From a virus (Duplodnaviria > Heunggongvirae > Uroviricota > Caudoviricetes), in the IMG/VR virus record IMGVR_UViG_2563366960_000009, positions 1-37,772 of that record: a DNA stretch of 37,772 nucleotides; one strand, given 5' to 3'. The first letter of the stretch is position 1; each line of letters begins with the position of its first letter. A program made the translations under genes and the position numbers. The notes beneath the pieces were generated by a model. That model saw only the letters and a list, made by a program, of their open reading frames with translations, was not told the origin of the DNA and did no database searches. Positions 34,383 to 37,772 of the stretch are shown piece by piece.

Positions 34383-34422
34383 GCAACTTAGAATAGGCAG
34401 CACCACGTTAAGGGAGGTCGCT

Positions 34423-34683
34423 ATGTTCCGTTGTCCGCTTTGTGGCGCATCTGCCCGTATCCGCACCAGTCGTCCGGAAAATGATTCAAACACCGTGCGG
34501 CAAAAGTATTACCAGTGTAACAATCTGGAATGCGGCGTATGCTTCTCAACACTGGAAGCTTTCCATAAATTCACATCAAAACACGCCTCCGGCGTTCACT
34601 CTTCAGAAGGTATCCCGTGGCATGATCTGCCAGCTTCACACAGGGGAAACAATCAGATGAGTTTGCCTTTATCTCAGAATTAA
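34423..34683 (+). CDS. ogr: Ogr/Delta-type zinc-finger late-gene transcriptional activator
   Basis: MFRCPLCGASARIRTSR...YYQCNNLECGVCFSTLE resembles P2 Ogr (MFHCPLC...HQCQNVNCSATF, recalled); CxxC...CxxC zinc finger. Confidence 0.85.
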   Translation: MFRCPLCGASARIRTSRPENDSNTVRQKYYQCNNLECGVCFSTLEAFHKFTSKHASGVHSSEGIPWHDLPASHRGNNQMSLPLSQN

Positions 34684-34771
34684 CAGGCAGAATTGCCGGA
34701 GTAACAAAAAAGCGATAGATTACGTGCGGGTGCCTTTCGGCTGATGGTCGGAGGGAATACCCGAAGGCCAG

Positions 34772-34957
34772 ATGTGGAAAGGCCCCGAGTCAACTTTAAC
34801 GTTAACCCGAGGCCCTAACCATCTACCCTTAGCAAGTGATAGGTTAGCGCCTCCCCGAAAAAGGAGCAAGCGCTATGTCGCAAAAATCGCTTACGGCCAT
34901 CACATTCTGCGTGACGGCAATCCTCATCATCTGGATGCTGCACGGTTCGCTGTGTGA
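34772..34957 (+). CDS. Possible mok-like overlapping reading frame of a hok-type locus
   Basis: 61-aa ORF starting about 100 bp upstream of the hok-like ATG and overlapping it in a different frame, as in hok/mok/sok loci. The protein itself has no recognisable features. Confidence 0.3.
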   Translation: MWKGPESTLTLTRGPNHLPLASDRLAPPRKRSKRYVAKIAYGHHILRDGNPHHLDAARFAV

Positions 34958-35015
34958 AATACGGATGAGCTTCTGGGGAGCGGAGTTTGCGGCGTTCTTA
35001 CAGTGTAAGCAGTAA
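34875..35015 (+). CDS. Hok/Gef-family type I toxin peptide
   Basis: 46 aa, below the ORF-track cutoff: MSQKSLTAITFCVTAILIIWMLHGSLCEIRMSFWGAEFAAFLQCKQ. N-terminal TM helix and the SLCEIR...AAF signature shared with Hok; AAGGAG site upstream. Confidence 0.6.
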   Translation: MSQKSLTAITFCVTAILIIWMLHGSLCEIRMSFWGAEFAAFLQCKQ

Positions 35016-35024
35016 GGAAACCGC

Positions 35025-35046
35025 GACGGGGGAGTAATCCCCCGTC
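35025..35046 (+). terminator. Perfect 9-bp stem-loop (gacggggga-gtaa-tcccccgtc) just after the hok-like stop
   Basis: Read directly; could be the 3' structural element of a hok mRNA or a terminator, though no U-tract follows. Confidence 0.4.
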
Positions 35047-35277
35047 AATCGGTTGCTAGGGTAAGGTCGATAAGGCACCCTATCTCACAGCTCTAAATGC
35101 AAAAATTCCATGAAACTGTGGGATTTTTGCATCACATACTGATACAGACCAGCCCTTCTATATGCCTCACTCTATACCAGCTAATCAATTGACACTTATC
35201 AATAAAAATAAATCTGATAAAATCAAAATGTTTTGTAACAAATATCAACTCGTATTAATCCAAAGGAGGCGGATTAC

Positions 35278-35610
35278 ATGGCATTAATCAAATGTCCTGA
35301 ATGCCAGAAAGAGGTGAGCGATTCAGCATTGTATTGCCCTGCTTGTGGTAAACAACTGCAAAAACTTAAGCGTTCATTTTTTGGACGGATCATTAAGTGG
35401 GTTTTTATATTATTTAATATTTTTATGATCTATACGCTTTTAGTTGGACTAGGAGGCACTAGTGAAATAATAAATAATGCCACATCCGATGCCGAAAAAG
35501 CCGGTGCAGTTATTGGTACAGGCTTAGGTTTAATTACCATTGGAAGCTTATGGGTTATTGGCGATATCATTATCGGAATTTTAGTATTTCTTACTAAACC
35601 AAAGGGATAA
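35278..35610 (+). CDS. Zinc-ribbon membrane protein (N-terminal CxxC-x10-CxxC, two transmembrane helices)
   Basis: 110 aa; CPECQKEVSDSALYCPACG then two long hydrophobic helices; AAGGAGG site; markedly AT-rich codon usage. Confidence 0.7.
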   Translation: MALIKCPECQKEVSDSALYCPACGKQLQKLKRSFFGRIIKWVFILFNIFMIYTLLVGLGGTSEIINNATSDAEKAGAVIGTGLGLITIGSLWVIGDIIIGILVFLTKPKG

Positions 35611-35614
35611 TAAA

Positions 35615-36508
35615 ATGAAAAATATAATTTTTTCTATAGGTGCATCATTTATATCAATTAGTGTACTGCCTGTTCACGCAGCAACTGAACATAAGAACTT
35701 CAATGCAGTACTCCAGTGCCGAGCAATAGAAAATAATAAAGACAGACTTTCTTGTTACGATAAGTCAATACAACCGACTCGAACGAAAGTTGCTGAAAAA
35801 TTCGAAAGCAGAGATCAATGCCCTGATGAGAAAGATGATGATAGACGTTTATCTTGTTATGATCGTTTCTTTTCTCCAACATTTACTCCATCTGTAAACT
35901 CAAAATCTAAAACGGAAAAGCCAGTAACAACAGAGGCTCAGCAACCAAATCTTTCTGAGATATCTAAATGTCGTGCAGAAAATGATAAAGAAGCCAGACT
36001 AAACTGCTACGATAAACTATTCCCACAGGATAAAATCGCTCAAGCTGAATCAAAATTAGAGAAAGCCACAGATGTAGGAAAATGGCACACATCCATTACT
36101 ACATCGCCAATTGATGATTCGAAAAATGTAATTTTATCGTTAGAAAGTGATGATTATATCAGAACTCCATTTGGAGAAGCGGTTACTCCTACTCTTTTTA
36201 TAGCTTGCCGAGAAAAGAAAACCGAAGTATTTCTTAGTTGGGATGTATATTTAGGCCTTGAACAAACCAGCATGCTTTATCGCCTTGATAAACAGAAAGC
36301 AGTTGAGCGAAACTGGCTAGTATCTACAGATACAAAGGCTGTTTTTTATAAAGGTAATGACATTGATTTCATCCGAAAACTAGCCAACTCAAGCAAAATG
36401 TATACAAAAATAACGCCTTATAATGAGAGCCCCGTAAGTGCAACTTTCAATTTAAACGGCCTGTCAAACGCGCTAAAACCGCTTCAAGCTGCTTGTAACT
36501 GGAAATAG
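35615..36508 (+). CDS. Secreted protein with three Cys-pair repeats and an uncharacterised C-terminal domain
   Basis: 297 aa; signal peptide ending VHA; repeats CRAIENNKDRLSCYDK, CPDEKDDDRRLSCYDR, CRAENDKEARLNCYDK; AT-rich; 4 bp downstream of the zinc-ribbon gene. Confidence 0.7.
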   Translation: MKNIIFSIGASFISISVLPVHAATEHKNFNAVLQCRAIENNKDRLSCYDKSIQPTRTKVAEKFESRDQCPDEKDDDRRLSCYDRFFSPTFTPSVNSKSKTEKPVTTEAQQPNLSEISKCRAENDKEARLNCYDKLFPQDKIAQAESKLEKATDVGKWHTSITTSPIDDSKNVILSLESDDYIRTPFGEAVTPTLFIACREKKTEVFLSWDVYLGLEQTSMLYRLDKQKAVERNWLVSTDTKAVFYKGNDIDFIRKLANSSKMYTKITPYNESPVSATFNLNGLSNALKPLQAACNWK

Positions 36509-36536
36509 TATTAAATCATGTGGCTTAGCCACAATC

Positions 36537-36580
36537 ACAGATAACACAAAGCCCGTGAAAACGGGCTTTGTGTTATCTGT
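36537..36580. repeat. 19-bp perfect inverted repeat (acagataacacaaagcccg-tgaaaa-cgggctttgtgttatctgt) after the cassette
   Basis: Read directly; no flanking U-tract on either strand; 12 bp from the right att repeat. Confidence 0.5.
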
Positions 36581-36591
36581 AACTCGAAAAT

Positions 36592-36610
36592 GTGGTCACT
36601 GCGTGGACAC
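36592..36610. repeat. Putative attR core: gtggtcactgcgtggacac, direct-repeat partner of 11..29
   Basis: 18 of 19 positions identical to 11..29. Confidence 0.5.
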
Positions 36611-36776
36611 GCGCTGACATAAATCCTTTTAAATCAATAAATTAAGTCATCATTTTTTTCATCAACAAGGATTTTCACGTTTGTGTTACCTGTATGAGAC
36701 GAGAGTTAACCAGACAAGTGTGCCATAATCTCGCGGCCAGGCATACTTGCGAAGATTTCAGGTATAAGGATACGTA

Positions 36777-37772
36777 ATGATACAACCTATTTCCGGCCCT
36801 CCTCCTGGGCAACCACCAGGTCAGGGAGATAACCTGCCGTCTGGCGCAGGCAATCAGCCTTTATCCAGTCAGCAACGTACTTCGCTGGAAAGCTTAATGA
36901 CGAAAGTGACCTCACTGACGCAACAACAAAGAGCAGAACTGTGGGCGGGTATCAGGCACGATATTGGTCTGTCGGGAGATTCACCGCTGCTTTCGCGTCA
37001 CTTCCCTGCCGCTGAGCATAATCTGGCGCAACGTCTGTTGGCCGCGCAAAAAAGCCATTCTGCCCGCCAGCTTTTAGCGCAATTAGGGGAGTATTTACGT
37101 CTGGGGAATAATCGTCAGGCGGTCACGGATTATATCCGTCATAACTTTGGTCAGACGCCGCTGAATCAGCTCTCACCGGAGCAATTAAAAACCATTCTCA
37201 CCCTGTTGCAGGAAGGGAAGATGGTTATTCCGCAACCACAGCAGCGCGAGGCGACCGACCGTCCTTTATTACCGGCGGAGCACAATGCGCTCAAACAGTT
37301 GGTGACCAAACTTGCGGCAGCAACGGGGGAACCCAGCAAACAGATCTGGCAATCGATGCTGGAACTTTCCGGGGTGAAAGATGGCGAGTTAATTCCAGCG
37401 AAACTGTTTAACCATCTGGTGACCTGGCTACAGGCGCGTCAGACGCTAAGCCAGCAAAATACGCCGACACTGGAATCACTACAGATGGCGCTAAAACAAC
37501 CTTTAGATGCCAGTGAACTGGCGGCGTTATCGGCATATATCCAGCAAAAATATGGCCTTTCTGCGCAATCATCGCTTTCTTCTGCCCAGGCCGAGGATAT
37601 TCTTAACCAGCTTTATCAACGGCGGGTTAAAGGGATTGAGCCGCGTGATATGCAACCGCTGCTTAATCCTTTTCCACCGATGATGGACACGTTGCAAAAT
37701 ATGGCAACGCGTCCCGCGCTGTGGATACTGTTAGTCGCGATTATCCTGATGCTGGTCTGGCTGGTTCGTTAA
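36777..37772 (+). CDS. flk: Host-flank membrane-anchored regulator, possibly the flagellar regulator Flk
   Basis: 331 aa; Pro/Gln-rich N-terminus MIQPISGPPPGQPPGQ and a single C-terminal TM anchor (ALWILLVAIILMLVWLV). Length and architecture match my recollection of enterobacterial Flk; the name is unverified. Lies outside the att repeat. Confidence 0.45.
   Translation: MIQPISGPPPGQPPGQGDNLPSGAGNQPLSSQQRTSLESLMTKVTSLTQQQRAELWAGIRHDIGLSGDSPLLSRHFPAAEHNLAQRLLAAQKSHSARQLLAQLGEYLRLGNNRQAVTDYIRHNFGQTPLNQLSPEQLKTILTLLQEGKMVIPQPQQREATDRPLLPAEHNALKQLVTKLAAATGEPSKQIWQSMLELSGVKDGELIPAKLFNHLVTWLQARQTLSQQNTPTLESLQMALKQPLDASELAALSAYIQQKYGLSAQSSLSSAQAEDILNQLYQRRVKGIEPRDMQPLLNPFPPMMDTLQNMATRPALWILLVAIILMLVWLVR

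Overview
The window is almost entirely one near-complete P2/186-like temperate myovirus prophage, probably in an enterobacterial chromosome, running from about 11 to 36610 and bounded by a 19-bp direct repeat with one mismatch. Everything here is read by eye from the sequence and ORF track; no searches were run, so family assignments rest on recalled motifs and synteny. Gene order is: integrase (-), tandem-HTH repressor (-), Cox-like gene (+), about ten early ORFans, a small membrane protein plus SPFH lipoprotein pair, rolling-circle replication protein A, then a cargo hotspot (ParM/ParR-like partition pair with upstream iterons, a ClpX zinc-finger-only protein, Phd/Doc toxin-antitoxin), a putative cos region, portal Q and terminase P (-), then O N M L X, holin, M15 endolysin, spanins, R S V W J I H G (+). 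The sheath/tube/E/tape-measure/U block lies on the minus strand, inverted relative to canonical P2 order, followed by D and ogr (+). Between ogr and the right repeat sit a hok/mok-like type I toxin locus and a markedly AT-rich two-gene cassette. The final gene looks like host flank (flk-like). The most promising candidates for something undescribed are the AT-rich cassette at the right end, the ParMRC/ClpX-finger/Phd-Doc hotspot, and the SPFH membrane pair in the early operon.
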